From Bacilli bacterium (GTDB taxonomy: Bacteria > Bacillota_I > Bacilli_A > RFN20 > CAG-449): a stretch of 64,000 nucleotides of DNA. Numbering within the stretch: position 1 is the first letter of the stretch; every line of letters begins with the position of its first letter. The position numbers and the translations under genes are program-made. The notes below the pieces were generated by a model. It had not been told where the DNA came from and did no database searches. It saw only the letters and a list, made by a program, of their open reading frames with translations. Where the stretch lies: NCBI GenBank assembly GCA_900755065.1, contig CAAEFC010000040.1, positions 23,812 to 87,811 on the forward strand. The letters are read 5' to 3'. Positions 48,370 to 58,322 of the stretch are shown here, piece after piece.

Positions 48370-48996
48370 TCATTTCCTCAGCATTTCCGCGATCTTTTTG
48401 AAAACAACGGCGGAGACTTCTTCTAGCGGACGGGAGGCGTCGACCACGAAATAACGCTCCGGAAAACGGCGGCTCAGTTCAAGATACCCGCTTCGGACTT
48501 GATTGTGGAAGGAAATTTTCTCCATGTCGAGGCGGTTGACCTCGCGATCTTTGTTCCGGTTGATCCGTTCCAGACCCAGAACAGGGTCGATGTCGAAGAG
48601 CACCGTCAGATCGGGAAAAGTCCCTTCCGTCGCATAGGAATTGACTTCGAGAATCCGATCCACGCCTAAGCCGCGGGCAACGCCCTGATAGGCTAACGAG
48701 GAATCCAGATACCGGTCGCAGAAGACGATCTTGCCTTCTTGCAAACTCGGCCAGATTTTTTCCACGAGGTGCTGTCTCCGGCTCGCGGCGTAGAGCAGGG
48801 CTTCCGTCCGGGGGTCCATTTCGGTGTTGTCCGGATCGAGGATGACGTTTCGGATCTGTTCGCTGATTTTCGTCCCGCCCGGCTCGCGGGTCATCACGAC
48901 GGAATGACCTTCGCTTTCGAGTCTGGCTTTCACGATCTGCATCGCCGAAGTTTTTCCGCTTCCTTCCGGTCCTTCGATAGTAACGAATAATGACAT
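48370..48996 (-). CDS. tmk: Thymidylate kinase
   Basis: FVTIEGPEGSGKTS P-loop and DRY motif. Confidence 0.94.
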   Translation of the reverse strand: MSLFVTIEGPEGSGKTSAMQIVKARLESEGHSVVMTREPGGTKISEQIRNVILDPDNTEMDPRTEALLYAASRRQHLVEKIWPSLQEGKIVFCDRYLDSSLAYQGVARGLGVDRILEVNSYATEGTFPDLTVLFDIDPVLGLERINRNKDREVNRLDMEKISFHNQVRSGYLELSRRFPERYFVVDASRPLEEVSAVVFKKIAEMLRK

Positions 48997-49012
48997 ACTT
49001 CTGTTCCTCTTT

Positions 49013-49618
49013 TCAACTTTCTTTTTTCAGCACGTTTCTTCCTTCCAAAGCGCGGCTCAGCGTCAGTTCGTCGGCGTAATCGAGTTGCGCGCCCATCGGT
49101 AAACCGTAAGCCAGACGGGAAACCGTGACAGGATAAGAAGAAAGGAGTTTGGACAGGAAAAGCGCGGTGGTTTCTCCTTCGATCGTCGGATCGGTGGCTA
49201 GAATCACTTCGCGGATCGTTCCCTGTTCGACCCTTTTTAAAAGACTGTCGATGTGAAGGTCGTGAATTCCGATCCCTTTGGACGGATTCAGCGAACCGTT
49301 AAGAATGTGATACAGGCCGTGATACGATTTCAGTTTTTCAAACGCCAGCGCGTCTTTAAAGTAACTGACCACGACCAGCAGATGCTCGTCGCGTTCGACG
49401 TCGGAACAGAAAGGGCAGATTTGATTTTCGGCGTAAGAATGGCAGACCGGACAGGTGCTGATGTTCTTGACGCCGTCAAAAGCGTCGATCATTTCACCGA
49501 TCGTCTCTTCTTTCATTTCCAGAATCTGATACGCCATTCTTTCTGCGGATTTGATGCCGACTCCGGGGAGTTTTCTCAGACTGTTGATCAACTTGGTGAT
49601 CGTTTCAAATTGTTCCAT
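49013..49618 (-). CDS. recR: Recombination protein RecR
   Basis: LPGVGIKSAERMA HhH motif, zinc finger CPVCHS...CPFC and a Toprim domain. Confidence 0.95.
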   Translation of the reverse strand: MEQFETITKLINSLRKLPGVGIKSAERMAYQILEMKEETIGEMIDAFDGVKNISTCPVCHSYAENQICPFCSDVERDEHLLVVVSYFKDALAFEKLKSYHGLYHILNGSLNPSKGIGIHDLHIDSLLKRVEQGTIREVILATDPTIEGETTALFLSKLLSSYPVTVSRLAYGLPMGAQLDYADELTLSRALEGRNVLKKES

Positions 49619-49619
49619 A

Positions 49620-49922
49620 TCAGAAAGGCATTCTCATTCCGTTCGTCATTTTCGCCTGAATTTTTTCGTTTTCTTCGTCGATCATCTCGTTGGCTTCGTT
49701 GACGGCGAGACGGATCATCTCTTCCAGCATTTCTTTTTCTTCCGGATCGATCGCTTCCGGATCGATCGTAATCTTTTCGATCTTGCGGTTTCCGTAAATC
49801 GACAGGTGTACCGCGCCTCCGGAAGAATCCAGTTCAAAAAGTTTCTCGTTCAGTTCTTTTTGGGCTTTCGCCATTTCTTTCTGCATTTTCTGCGCCTGTT
49901 GCATCAGCAAATTGATATTCAT
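49620..49922 (-). CDS. ybaB: Nucleoid-associated protein YbaB/EbfC
   Basis: MNINLLMQQAQKMQKEMAKAQKEL... 100 aa, between dnaX and recR. Confidence 0.93.
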   Translation of the reverse strand: MNINLLMQQAQKMQKEMAKAQKELNEKLFELDSSGGAVHLSIYGNRKIEKITIDPEAIDPEEKEMLEEMIRLAVNEANEMIDEENEKIQAKMTNGMRMPF

Positions 49923-49931
49923 CGTGTCCTC

Positions 49932-51563
49932 CTAATAGTGTATGTCGACCGGATAAATTTCCGGCAGTTTGTTGGCTTGTCTCAGATTCGAGAATTTCTG
50001 AACTCGCTCGATGCTTTCCTGCATGGTCAGGACCAGCACCAGGTAGTTCTTTCCGGTAATCTTTTCCACCAATTGCGAAAATCCCTTTTGATTCTCTTTG
50101 ATCCGGATCAGATTGGCGACGGATACGAAATTCGTTTCCAGCACCAGAATATTCCGGCTGATGATGCGCGGCGCGCATTTTTTCAATGCGTTCGCGTATT
50201 TCCCGATTTCCGCGTCGTCGAGCCAGTCGTCGATCTTTTTCCATTTTTCCAGAACGTCGTTTTTTTCGACCTTGTTGCCCTGCATCATCAGGTTGATCGT
50301 GTCTTCTTCGTTCAGGAAATAGGATTCTCCTTCTTCTTTCAGGGGAGCGATCGGAAACGTTTGCTTTTTCACAGGCGGATCGATCGGCTTTTCTTCCTTT
50401 TTCTTTTCTGGTTTCGGAATCGAAACGGTTTTTTCTTCTTCCGCCTCATTCGGTTTTTCCTCTTTCTTCGCTTCGGTTTTTTCCGAAGAAGAAGCGCAGT
50501 AAGAGGCGAGTTTGATCAGGCTGACTTCAAAGAGAGACTGGGGATTTCCTGCAAAACGGAATTGCGCGGAAGTCTCGATCAGAACGTCGAGCATTCGATC
50601 GAGATGATCTCTTGCGATTGGAAGAGAACGCGCGGTCTCTACGTCGATGACTTTGAGTATCGAAGCATCTTTCGTCGTCCGGTAGATCAGCAAGTCTTTG
50701 GCGATTTCGATCAGATCGGCAGTCAGACGGCGGACATCGACGCCCCGTCCGATCAGGGAATTCAATTTTTCGGAACCATTCAGAATATCGCCCGCTTCGA
50801 TGAAGCGAACCAATTCGATCCGATCTTCGAGGGAAGAAAGCGAGAAGAGATCCTGCACATCATCGGTCCGGATGGTATCGCCGCAGTAGGCGATGGCCTG
50901 ATCCAGAAGCGAGAGGGAATCCCTGACGCCGCCGTCGGAAAGAGAAACGATCAGTTTCAGCGCGTTTTCCTCGTATGAAATCTTTTCCTGATTCAGAACC
51001 CGTTTCATATTGGCGAGAATCTCGTTGTTTCCGACTTTGGAAAAATCGTATCGTTGCACGCGGGAAAGGATCGTCGGCATCAGTTTGAACGGCTCTGTGG
51101 TTGCCAGAATGAAGACGACATTGGCCGGCGGTTCCTCTAAGGTCTTTAAAAGGGCGTTGAACGCTTCCGAAGTCATCATGTGCACTTCGTCGATGATGTA
51201 TACTTTGTATTTTCCGCGGATCGGAGCGTACTTCACTTTGTTGATCAGATCGCGGATGTCGTCGATTCCCCGATTGCTGGCAGCGTCGATTTCGATGACG
51301 TCGGGATGGGTTCCTTCGCCGATAGCGAGGCAATTGGCGCAGCGGTTGCACTGATGACCGAATCCCTCCTGACAGTTCAGGGCTTTGGCGAACAGACGGG
51401 CCATCGAGGTTTTTCCCGTTCCTCTCGGACCGCAGAAAAGATACGCATGCGCGATCTTGTTTTCCTTGATCGCGTTGGACAGCGTTTTTACGATGTGTTT
51501 TTGCCCGTACACTTCGTCGAAAGTGCTGGGACGGTAGGTCCTGTAAAGCGCTTTGTAAGACAT
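49932..51563 (-). CDS. dnaX: DNA polymerase III subunits gamma/tau
   Basis: MSYKALYRTYRP..., Walker A GPRGTGKTS, zinc module CQEGFGHQCNRCANC and SRVQ sensor. ATG at 51563 with a GGTGA RBS (the tracked start at 51575 is a TTG). Confidence 0.94.
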   Translation of the reverse strand: MSYKALYRTYRPSTFDEVYGQKHIVKTLSNAIKENKIAHAYLFCGPRGTGKTSMARLFAKALNCQEGFGHQCNRCANCLAIGEGTHPDVIEIDAASNRGIDDIRDLINKVKYAPIRGKYKVYIIDEVHMMTSEAFNALLKTLEEPPANVVFILATTEPFKLMPTILSRVQRYDFSKVGNNEILANMKRVLNQEKISYEENALKLIVSLSDGGVRDSLSLLDQAIAYCGDTIRTDDVQDLFSLSSLEDRIELVRFIEAGDILNGSEKLNSLIGRGVDVRRLTADLIEIAKDLLIYRTTKDASILKVIDVETARSLPIARDHLDRMLDVLIETSAQFRFAGNPQSLFEVSLIKLASYCASSSEKTEAKKEEKPNEAEEEKTVSIPKPEKKKEEKPIDPPVKKQTFPIAPLKEEGESYFLNEEDTINLMMQGNKVEKNDVLEKWKKIDDWLDDAEIGKYANALKKCAPRIISRNILVLETNFVSVANLIRIKENQKGFSQLVEKITGKNYLVLVLTMQESIERVQKFSNLRQANKLPEIYPVDIHY

Positions 51564-51658
51564 TTGAATCACCAACTATCATTATAAACGGAAAGAGGAT
51601 TTTTTTAAACTCTGAAAGTGATTTTTAAGGAAATCTCCCGTCGGGAAAAGGAAGAAAA

Positions 51659-52756
51659 TCAGGCGTTGAAAATCATGACGCTGATCCGGTATTCTTCTTC
51701 TACCGAGCCGGCGTGATGGGCTTTCAAATCGTCTTTCTGAAAAGCGAAGCCGTATTCCGAAACGGAAGTCGCCATGAATTCGCCGAGAAAGTCCTCAAAC
51801 AGAGGGTGATTGTTTCCGAAGCCGAAGAGGTTTTCGCTGAGGATTTCTTGCTTGGATTTTAAGACGAAAAGGTCGCCGTAATATTTTCGGAAAAGAAGCG
51901 GAAACCGATCGAGACAATCCTCTTTGACGTGGAAAAAAACGGAACGCGAATCCAATGAAGGAATCGATTTCAGACAGGAAGCGAAATCTTCGTGTTCGAA
52001 GACGTCGAAACACTTGCTGTCCACCAGAGAATGATCTGCGAGAACGATGATCAGATTGTCGGGATTGGCTTTGACCAGCGTTTCGACTTTCCGGTTGATC
52101 TGTTTGATCTTGGCGCGGACCGCGTTATGCCCGGTTCCGTAACGGTGAATCAGCGAATCCGGCTCCGGCCAGTAGCAATAGCAGAAATGCGGGTCAGGAT
52201 TTTTCATCAGGTGATCCGCGCGAATAAAAAAATCGTTGAAACTGACCGCGGTGCCGTTTCGGATCGGAACAGGATAAAGCGATTCGCAATGAATCGAACG
52301 GTTCTCAGCGATCTGATCGAGAATCGAAATGTAAGGGCAGTACGTCTCAGACAAAAGAGGTCCCTTCACTTTCACGCGGGAAACCGGTTCGACGTTGGTG
52401 AACATTTCCACGATGATGTCCGGAGCCTTGAAATACTGTTGCCAGCCCAGATAACCGGTTTGGTTGGGATATTGCGCGGAAAGCAAGGCGTTCGTCGCCG
52501 CGACGGTCGTCGGAGGGAAAACCGAAGAAATCTCGAAAGCAATGTGTTTTCTGAGAAAATCCCGCGCGTTCAGATGCTTCTCGATTATCGAGGTTCCCAT
52601 TCCGTCAAAAAGCATCAGAACCACTTTGTCGTATTTCTTCCGGTTGAGGATCGCGTCGAGTGCGGGGAGGGTGGGATTGAGGTGCGTTCCGGTAAAATAC
52701 GCCAGCAGGGAATTGGAGAGATTCACTAAATTGTTTTTTTCGTCGAATCTGTACAT
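51659..52756 (-). CDS. Alkaline phosphatase superfamily protein (nucleotide pyrophosphatase/phosphodiesterase-like), no signal peptide
   Basis: MLFDGMGTSI, VFPPTTVAATN (nucleophile Thr region) and VLADHS motifs. The start is set to MYRFDE at 52756 so that it does not overlap the upstream gene. Confidence 0.7.
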   Translation of the reverse strand: MYRFDEKNNLVNLSNSLLAYFTGTHLNPTLPALDAILNRKKYDKVVLMLFDGMGTSIIEKHLNARDFLRKHIAFEISSVFPPTTVAATNALLSAQYPNQTGYLGWQQYFKAPDIIVEMFTNVEPVSRVKVKGPLLSETYCPYISILDQIAENRSIHCESLYPVPIRNGTAVSFNDFFIRADHLMKNPDPHFCYCYWPEPDSLIHRYGTGHNAVRAKIKQINRKVETLVKANPDNLIIVLADHSLVDSKCFDVFEHEDFASCLKSIPSLDSRSVFFHVKEDCLDRFPLLFRKYYGDLFVLKSKQEILSENLFGFGNNHPLFEDFLGEFMATSVSEYGFAFQKDDLKAHHAGSVEEEYRISVMIFNA

Positions 52757-52760
52757 TTTG

Positions 52761-53957
52761 CTATTTCCGATAGATGACATATCCCTCATAGGAAGAGGCG
52801 ATGATCTGATTGTTTTCATCGAGGACGTGCAGGGCGAAAGACAGTTCAAAACCGTCTTCCGGCTCGATCAGCATCTGACCGTTCTCATCATAATAATACC
52901 CGTAGAAGTCGTAAGAAAAACGATACCCTTGATAGTCGGTGATCAACTCGATATTGCCGGTAACTTCTTTTCCGTACCAATAGGCGACTAACGACGACAG
53001 GGCTTCGGCCGCGTCGGGCGTTTTTGAAGAGAAGACGTGAACTCCCAGCGTCGAATAGTCTTCGTCGAAAGCGACTTCCCATTGGGTGTCGACGAATTCA
53101 TAATTCGCGGTAAAACCGGCTTTTCGGATCAGGTTGTGAAGGTTTAACGCGCCGGGAATTCCGTCAATGACGAATTCTTCATCGGAAGCGTAATTGGCTC
53201 CGATTGTGCCGAACACGTCGAGCAGGGAATCGTTTTTATACAGAGCAACCGAAGATTTTGCCCCCAGAAAAACCGGAGAAATCCGATCGGCTTTTTGCCT
53301 TAATGCTTCGGAGGCGTAGGAATGAACGATCAGATAAGCGGTGTGTGGTTCGATCGTACCGTCGAGAACGATGCGATACTCTTCGCTTTTGATCGTGTCC
53401 AGACCGTTGCTGTACAATTCCAGCGTATAGCCCGTCAGCGAAACGGGTTCGTTCAAAGGATTGTACAGTTCGATCGCCTTATCGTTGTTGTTTCCCGCCG
53501 GGTGAAGATTTTTGTCGTAGCCGATGTTGAAAATTTCCGAAATAAACAAATCCTCTTGTTCCATGTTCTCCCAAGTGGGAATTTTTGCCAATTGCGTTAA
53601 AAAGGCCTCGGCGGTGTAGGCGAAAAGTTCGTTTTCGCTTAGCGCCTCTATCGATGCGCGTTCGTTTTCGTAGAGTTCCGCGACCTTTCTTTGCCCGTTC
53701 GGTCCGTAAAGAGTCAGATCGACGGAAGCATAGGCTTCTTCCAGTATTTCGACAGCCCTTTCAAGCGCTTCGGTGGAAGAAGACGAAGAAAAAAGCGAAT
53801 CCGAAGATGAATCCGGATCACTTTGACTCGAAACGGAACCTGAGGAGAAGTTTTCCTCCGAAGAACCGATCGAGGCATCCTTTTCTCCCTTTGCGCAGGA
53901 AACCGCGGTGAAAGCGAAGAGAAGGAACAGAATCAGCCGTTTGTTTTTCTTTTTCAT
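52761..53957 (-). CDS. Lipoprotein with a lamin-tail-domain (LTD)-like segment
   Basis: Signal peptide plus lipobox (LLFAFTAVSC), a Ser-rich linker and an LTD-like segment ISEIF...NNNDKAIELYNPLNEPVSLTGYTLELYSNG. Confidence 0.65.
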   Translation of the reverse strand: MKKKNKRLILFLLFAFTAVSCAKGEKDASIGSSEENFSSGSVSSQSDPDSSSDSLFSSSSSTEALERAVEILEEAYASVDLTLYGPNGQRKVAELYENERASIEALSENELFAYTAEAFLTQLAKIPTWENMEQEDLFISEIFNIGYDKNLHPAGNNNDKAIELYNPLNEPVSLTGYTLELYSNGLDTIKSEEYRIVLDGTIEPHTAYLIVHSYASEALRQKADRISPVFLGAKSSVALYKNDSLLDVFGTIGANYASDEEFVIDGIPGALNLHNLIRKAGFTANYEFVDTQWEVAFDEDYSTLGVHVFSSKTPDAAEALSSLVAYWYGKEVTGNIELITDYQGYRFSYDFYGYYYDENGQMLIEPEDGFELSFALHVLDENNQIIASSYEGYVIYRK

Positions 53958-54045
53958 AGCAACATATCCTCCATTAAAGTATAGCGGTTTTTCCTTTCAA
54001 AAGCAAAGACAGGCTTCCCGAAAGGTATTGGCAAAATGGAAACGA

Positions 54046-54948
54046 TCACTTCTCGCTGAGTTTTTGCTCGATTTCCTTGTCCGGCCAGTACCCCCAGGAT
54101 TCCGTGATGATGCCTTCTTCGACTTTAAAATTTTCCAACGCTTCAAAGGCGATCCGCTTTCCCGTCGGCGGAATTCCCATGCAGATTCCGGTATGGATTC
54201 CTTCGTAAAGAACGCGCGTAGCGACTTTGTTTCCTTCGGAAAAAAGGTCTGAAATCGTAACGCGCAGATCGGAAAACTGTTCGGCGACGATTTTTAAAAT
54301 GCCGACGGCGTCAAGGTTGCTTCTGGCCGCGGCAGGACTGTGATCGACATATCGTTCGGAAAGACAGTGTAAGATAAAGTCATAGTTCCGACGTTCATAA
54401 CCTTCTTCAAAAAAGCGGGAAACCACCTCTTTCGGAGAAAGACAATAGGTGAACGCGCAGATCTCCTGCTTTGTTCCCTGATAGAGACCTTCTCCTTCAT
54501 ATGTCCGGATAAAGCCCGATCGTTCCAAGACTTTTATGGAAGCGAGATTGTCCCGAAGGCAAATGCCCTTTATCCGGGTGATGCCGATTTTTTTCATGAT
54601 GACGGGCAGAAAAGCGCGGACGGCTTCGGTAGCATAGCCTTTTCGGGTGTATCGGGAACCGATGTGATAGCCGATTTCCCATTGACCGTCGTCGAACTTT
54701 ACAGCCTGAACATAGCCGACACAGACGCCGTCTTTCCGCAAAACGGGATAGACGAGCGGCCCGTTTTGCCCCTCGTAAAGGCGGATCAGATGCCGGATCG
54801 TTTCTTCGGCTTCTCCGATCGTTAGGAACACTTCGTCCGGCGTAAAGCGGCGCGTATCTTCGTCGAGGGAATTCCGATGAACTTCTTCGGCCATATCGGC
54901 GCGGAACTCCGTGATGATCAACCGTGCGGTTTCAATTCGCATTTTCAT
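54046..54948 (-). CDS. GNAT N-acetyltransferase fused to a SnoaL-like/ester-cyclase domain
   Basis: N-terminal RimJ/RimL-like GNAT (RLIITEFRADMAEEVH...GYHIGSRYTRKGYATEA). The C-terminal ~120 aa match the predicted ester cyclase pattern (YVDHSPAA...GIPPTGKRIAFEALENFKVEEGIITESWGY). The start is ambiguous (ATG at 54948 or 54942). Confidence 0.65.
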   Translation of the reverse strand: MKMRIETARLIITEFRADMAEEVHRNSLDEDTRRFTPDEVFLTIGEAEETIRHLIRLYEGQNGPLVYPVLRKDGVCVGYVQAVKFDDGQWEIGYHIGSRYTRKGYATEAVRAFLPVIMKKIGITRIKGICLRDNLASIKVLERSGFIRTYEGEGLYQGTKQEICAFTYCLSPKEVVSRFFEEGYERRNYDFILHCLSERYVDHSPAAARSNLDAVGILKIVAEQFSDLRVTISDLFSEGNKVATRVLYEGIHTGICMGIPPTGKRIAFEALENFKVEEGIITESWGYWPDKEIEQKLSEK

Positions 54949-55166
54949 CTTTCCTTTCTTTCTGTGTATTCCGATCTTTCTGTCGGACAAAATGATCATA
55001 ACATAATGCGCCGTTTCTGTCGATCACCGTTTTTCGGCAAAGAAGCGAATCTCCGATCGCGATCCGGGGACGGATTTTCCGACGTTTCTCGTTTCGGGAA
55101 ATCTTTGTATTTCTTTTTAAGCGTATTTTTGCTATGATTGAAGCGGCTGAAACAAGGAGATACGTT

Positions 55167-56258
55167 ATGGCGGATAAAATGTTGGAAAGATTGGAAGCGA
55201 TGCGCAAGAGAGTCGAGGATATCGACCGCCTTCTTTGCGATGAAAACATCGTCTCCGATGTCGCGAAACTGACCGATCTGAATAAAGAGAGAGCCTCTCT
55301 GATCGAACCGGTGGAGGAATATCTGCGATATAAAAAGTGGATGCAGGATTTAAGCGATGCCGAGATCATGGTCAACGAACCAGACGAAGAGATCAGCGCG
55401 TTTGCCAAAGAAAGCGTAAAAGAACTGGGCGAAAAAACACAGGAACTCTACGAAAAAATGAAAATCATGCTGCTTCCGAAAGACCCCGACGACGACAAGG
55501 ACATCGTCTGCGAGATCAAGGGCGCGGCCGGCGGAGACGAAGCGAACATCTTTGCCGGAGATCTGTTCCGCATGTACACGCGTTATGCGGAGAATCAGGG
55601 GTGGAAAATTCAGATCGTCGACGAATCGCCGTCCAATGCCGGCGGTTTCAGCAACATCTCTTTTATCGTCAGAGGAAAAAACGTCTATTCCAAACTGAAA
55701 TTTGAATCCGGCGCGCACCGCGTTCAGCGAATCCCTTCCACCGAGGCCAACGGCAGAATCCACACGTCCACCGCGACGGTCTTAATCATGCCGGAAGCGG
55801 AATCCGTCGATGTGGAAATCAATCCCGCCGATCTGAAAATCGACACCTACCGTTCCAGCGGTGCGGGCGGACAGAATGTCAACAAGACGGAGTCGGCCGT
55901 GCGCATTACGCACATTCCGACGGGAATCGTCGTCGCCTGTCAGGTGGAAAGAAGTCAGATTCAGAATCGGGAAATCGCGATGAATTTGCTGAAAACTCGG
56001 ATTCTGGCTTTGAAACAGCAGGAACAGGACGAAAGAATCGGCAACGAACGGAAACTGAAAGTCGGCACCGGCGAAAGAAGCGAAAAAATCCGGACGTACA
56101 ATTATCCGCAGAACCGGGTAACCGATCATCGCATTTCCTTCACGTTACAAAAACTGGACCGGGTGATGGAAGGCGACCTGGAAGAAATCATCGAAGCGTT
56201 GATCAATGCCGATCAGCAGGACAAAATGGAGCGGGAAGCAGAAAAATATGGCGATTAG
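55167..56258 (+). CDS. prfA: Peptide chain release factor 1
   Basis: PST tripeptide (RIPSTEANGRIHTS) and GGQ motif (SSGAGGQNVNK). AAGGAGA RBS before the ATG at 55167. Confidence 0.95.
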   Translation: MADKMLERLEAMRKRVEDIDRLLCDENIVSDVAKLTDLNKERASLIEPVEEYLRYKKWMQDLSDAEIMVNEPDEEISAFAKESVKELGEKTQELYEKMKIMLLPKDPDDDKDIVCEIKGAAGGDEANIFAGDLFRMYTRYAENQGWKIQIVDESPSNAGGFSNISFIVRGKNVYSKLKFESGAHRVQRIPSTEANGRIHTSTATVLIMPEAESVDVEINPADLKIDTYRSSGAGGQNVNKTESAVRITHIPTGIVVACQVERSQIQNREIAMNLLKTRILALKQQEQDERIGNERKLKVGTGERSEKIRTYNYPQNRVTDHRISFTLQKLDRVMEGDLEEIIEALINADQQDKMEREAEKYGD

Positions 56259-57090
56259 ACCGCTGAAAGAAGTGCTTTCCGATGCGTTAAGAAACCCTAC
56301 GGCCGATGCTTATCGCCGGGACGTCTATTACCTTGCACAAAAAATTTTCGGCCTGACGCTCAACGACATCTATTTAAAAGGAGAGATATCCGTGGAAGAT
56401 TCTCTTTTTTTGAAAGCGCTGGATCGCTACGAAAAAGGAGAACCGCTGTACTATATTCTGGGAAGCGCGCCTTTTCTGGGCAGAATGTTCTCCGTCGATC
56501 GTCGCGTGCTGATTCCGAGAAACGAAACCGAAGAACTGGTCGTAGAAGCCGGCGAAGCGATCCGGAAAGCCAAGATGAAAAATCCGGACATCGTCGATGT
56601 CGGAACCGGAAGCGGGTGCATCGCCGTAACGTTGAGCCTGGAATTTCCTGATGCGCATATCGACGCGACGGATCTTTCTTCGGAGGCCTTGACTCTGGCG
56701 AAAGAAAACAACGATCGCCTCGGCGGAAAAGTCGATTTTTATCGGTCGGACGTACTGGAAGAAGTCATTCGGAGAAAGAAAAAATACGACGTTCTGATTT
56801 CCAATCCGCCGTATATCGCTCCGGGTTCGTTCGTCGCAGAATCCGTTCGGGATTACGAACCGGAAATCGCGCTTTTCGCCGAAGACAAGGGGCTTGCCGT
56901 TTATCGGAAAATCTTCGCGCAGATGCCCGAAGCGATGAAAGACAACGCGATGGCCTTTTTCGAGATTTCTCCGGAGCAGCAAGAAGATCTGACGGATATC
57001 GTGCGAAACGCGCTGCCGGATTATACCTATTCCTTTAAGCGGGATATCAACGGATATACGCGTTTTTTGATCGTAAAGCGAAAAGGATAG
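56248..57090 (+). CDS. prmC: Release factor glutamine N5-methyltransferase
   Basis: SAM motif VDVGTGSGCIA and NPPY motif (ISNPPYI). Overlaps the prfA stop. Confidence 0.92.
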   Translation: MAIRPLKEVLSDALRNPTADAYRRDVYYLAQKIFGLTLNDIYLKGEISVEDSLFLKALDRYEKGEPLYYILGSAPFLGRMFSVDRRVLIPRNETEELVVEAGEAIRKAKMKNPDIVDVGTGSGCIAVTLSLEFPDAHIDATDLSSEALTLAKENNDRLGGKVDFYRSDVLEEVIRRKKKYDVLISNPPYIAPGSFVAESVRDYEPEIALFAEDKGLAVYRKIFAQMPEAMKDNAMAFFEISPEQQEDLTDIVRNALPDYTYSFKRDINGYTRFLIVKRKG

Positions 57091-57265
57091 ACCTGTCGGA
57101 CAGCCGTTGAAAAGAACCGGGCAGACAAAATCATCAAGAAAAAAATGATCGGGAAAGTCTTTTTTCTGTCACTCTTAAAAAACGAAAAAGTTTTTGAAAC
57201 AATAGCAAAGAAAGGAATAAAATTCAGTTATTCGTCCAAGATGTTAGTGAAAGGAAGAGATTTTT

Positions 57266-57664
57266 ATGGATTTTAAATTCTTGACGACTTTACTTTCGGG
57301 CGGATTTCTGTTGGCTTCTGCCATCGGCGAAAGCGGTGCGACTTTCAAGTATCTCTATCAGATCAAAGCCAATTCATACAGTCCGAAAGACTCGCTGGCG
57401 ATCTATTACTACAAGGAAAAACTGATCGATAAATACGAAGAGATCGCTTTTTCGCTGAAAGAGGAATACCTTTCGGAAGCGCTTCGGACGAATATCAGTC
57501 AATTTCGTTTCGACGATCAATGCGTTCCGTCCTATCACAACGGCGTCCTCGTCCTGACTTTGGGAGAAGGCAAAGGCGGATTGGTGGAAGGGAGGTTACG
57601 TTACAATTCCTGCGACAACGGCGTTATCCGGGAAAAGGTCTTCATCTTCGATATATTTAAATAG
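57266..57664 (+). CDS. Hypothetical secreted/membrane-anchored protein
   Basis: 132 aa with an N-terminal hydrophobic segment (FLTTLLSGGFLLASAIG). No recognisable domain. Confidence 0.5.
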   Translation: MDFKFLTTLLSGGFLLASAIGESGATFKYLYQIKANSYSPKDSLAIYYYKEKLIDKYEEIAFSLKEEYLSEALRTNISQFRFDDQCVPSYHNGVLVLTLGEGKGGLVEGRLRYNSCDNGVIREKVFIFDIFK

Positions 57665-57712
57665 AATGCAAAAGGGAAAAGTGGTATAATCTTCCTGTAA
57701 GAAGGGGTGCGT

Positions 57713-58321
57713 ATGGAAACCAAAATCGTCGGCTTCGACGCGGAAGAACTGATTGAAGCGATCCGAAAAAGAAAGGTCGTCGCCTTTCCGACGGAGACCG
57801 TTTACGGTCTTGGTGTCATCGCGGATTCTCCGCGCGCTTACGAAAACCTGGTCGAAGTCAAGAAAAGAAGGCCGGATAAACCGTTTACGCTGATGCTGTC
57901 TTCGGCAGAAGAAATCGGGAAATACGCCGTGATCGACGAAAAAACGAAAAGAATCATCGATGAATTCATGCCGGGAGAAATCACGCTGCTCCTTCCGCCG
58001 AAAGAAGGCGTTGCGTCATGGATTCGGCTGGATTCACCCTATATCGGCGTTCGCGTCAGCGGAAGTCGGGAGGTTTCCCGAATGATCGCCCGGGTCGGCG
58101 CGCCGATGCTGGTGACCAGCGCGAATCTTTCCGGCGAAAAGACTTGCGCGGATTTTGAAAGTACAGAGGCGGTTTTTTCGGGAAAAGTCCCCTTTATCGT
58201 CAAAGGCGAAACTTTTTCCCGCCTGCCGTCGACCATCGTCATCGCGGAGAGTAAACTGACCTTAGTCAGACAAGGGAGCATTCCTTTTGAAGAAATTGAA
58301 AAAGTTTGGAGGACGGATTGA
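57713..58321 (+). CDS. tsaC: L-threonylcarbamoyladenylate synthase (YrdC/YwlC family)
   Basis: VVAFPTETVYGLG and SANLSGE motifs. ATG at 57713. Confidence 0.9.
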   Translation: METKIVGFDAEELIEAIRKRKVVAFPTETVYGLGVIADSPRAYENLVEVKKRRPDKPFTLMLSSAEEIGKYAVIDEKTKRIIDEFMPGEITLLLPPKEGVASWIRLDSPYIGVRVSGSREVSRMIARVGAPMLVTSANLSGEKTCADFESTEAVFSGKVPFIVKGETFSRLPSTIVIAESKLTLVRQGSIPFEEIEKVWRTD

Positions 58322-58322
58322 T

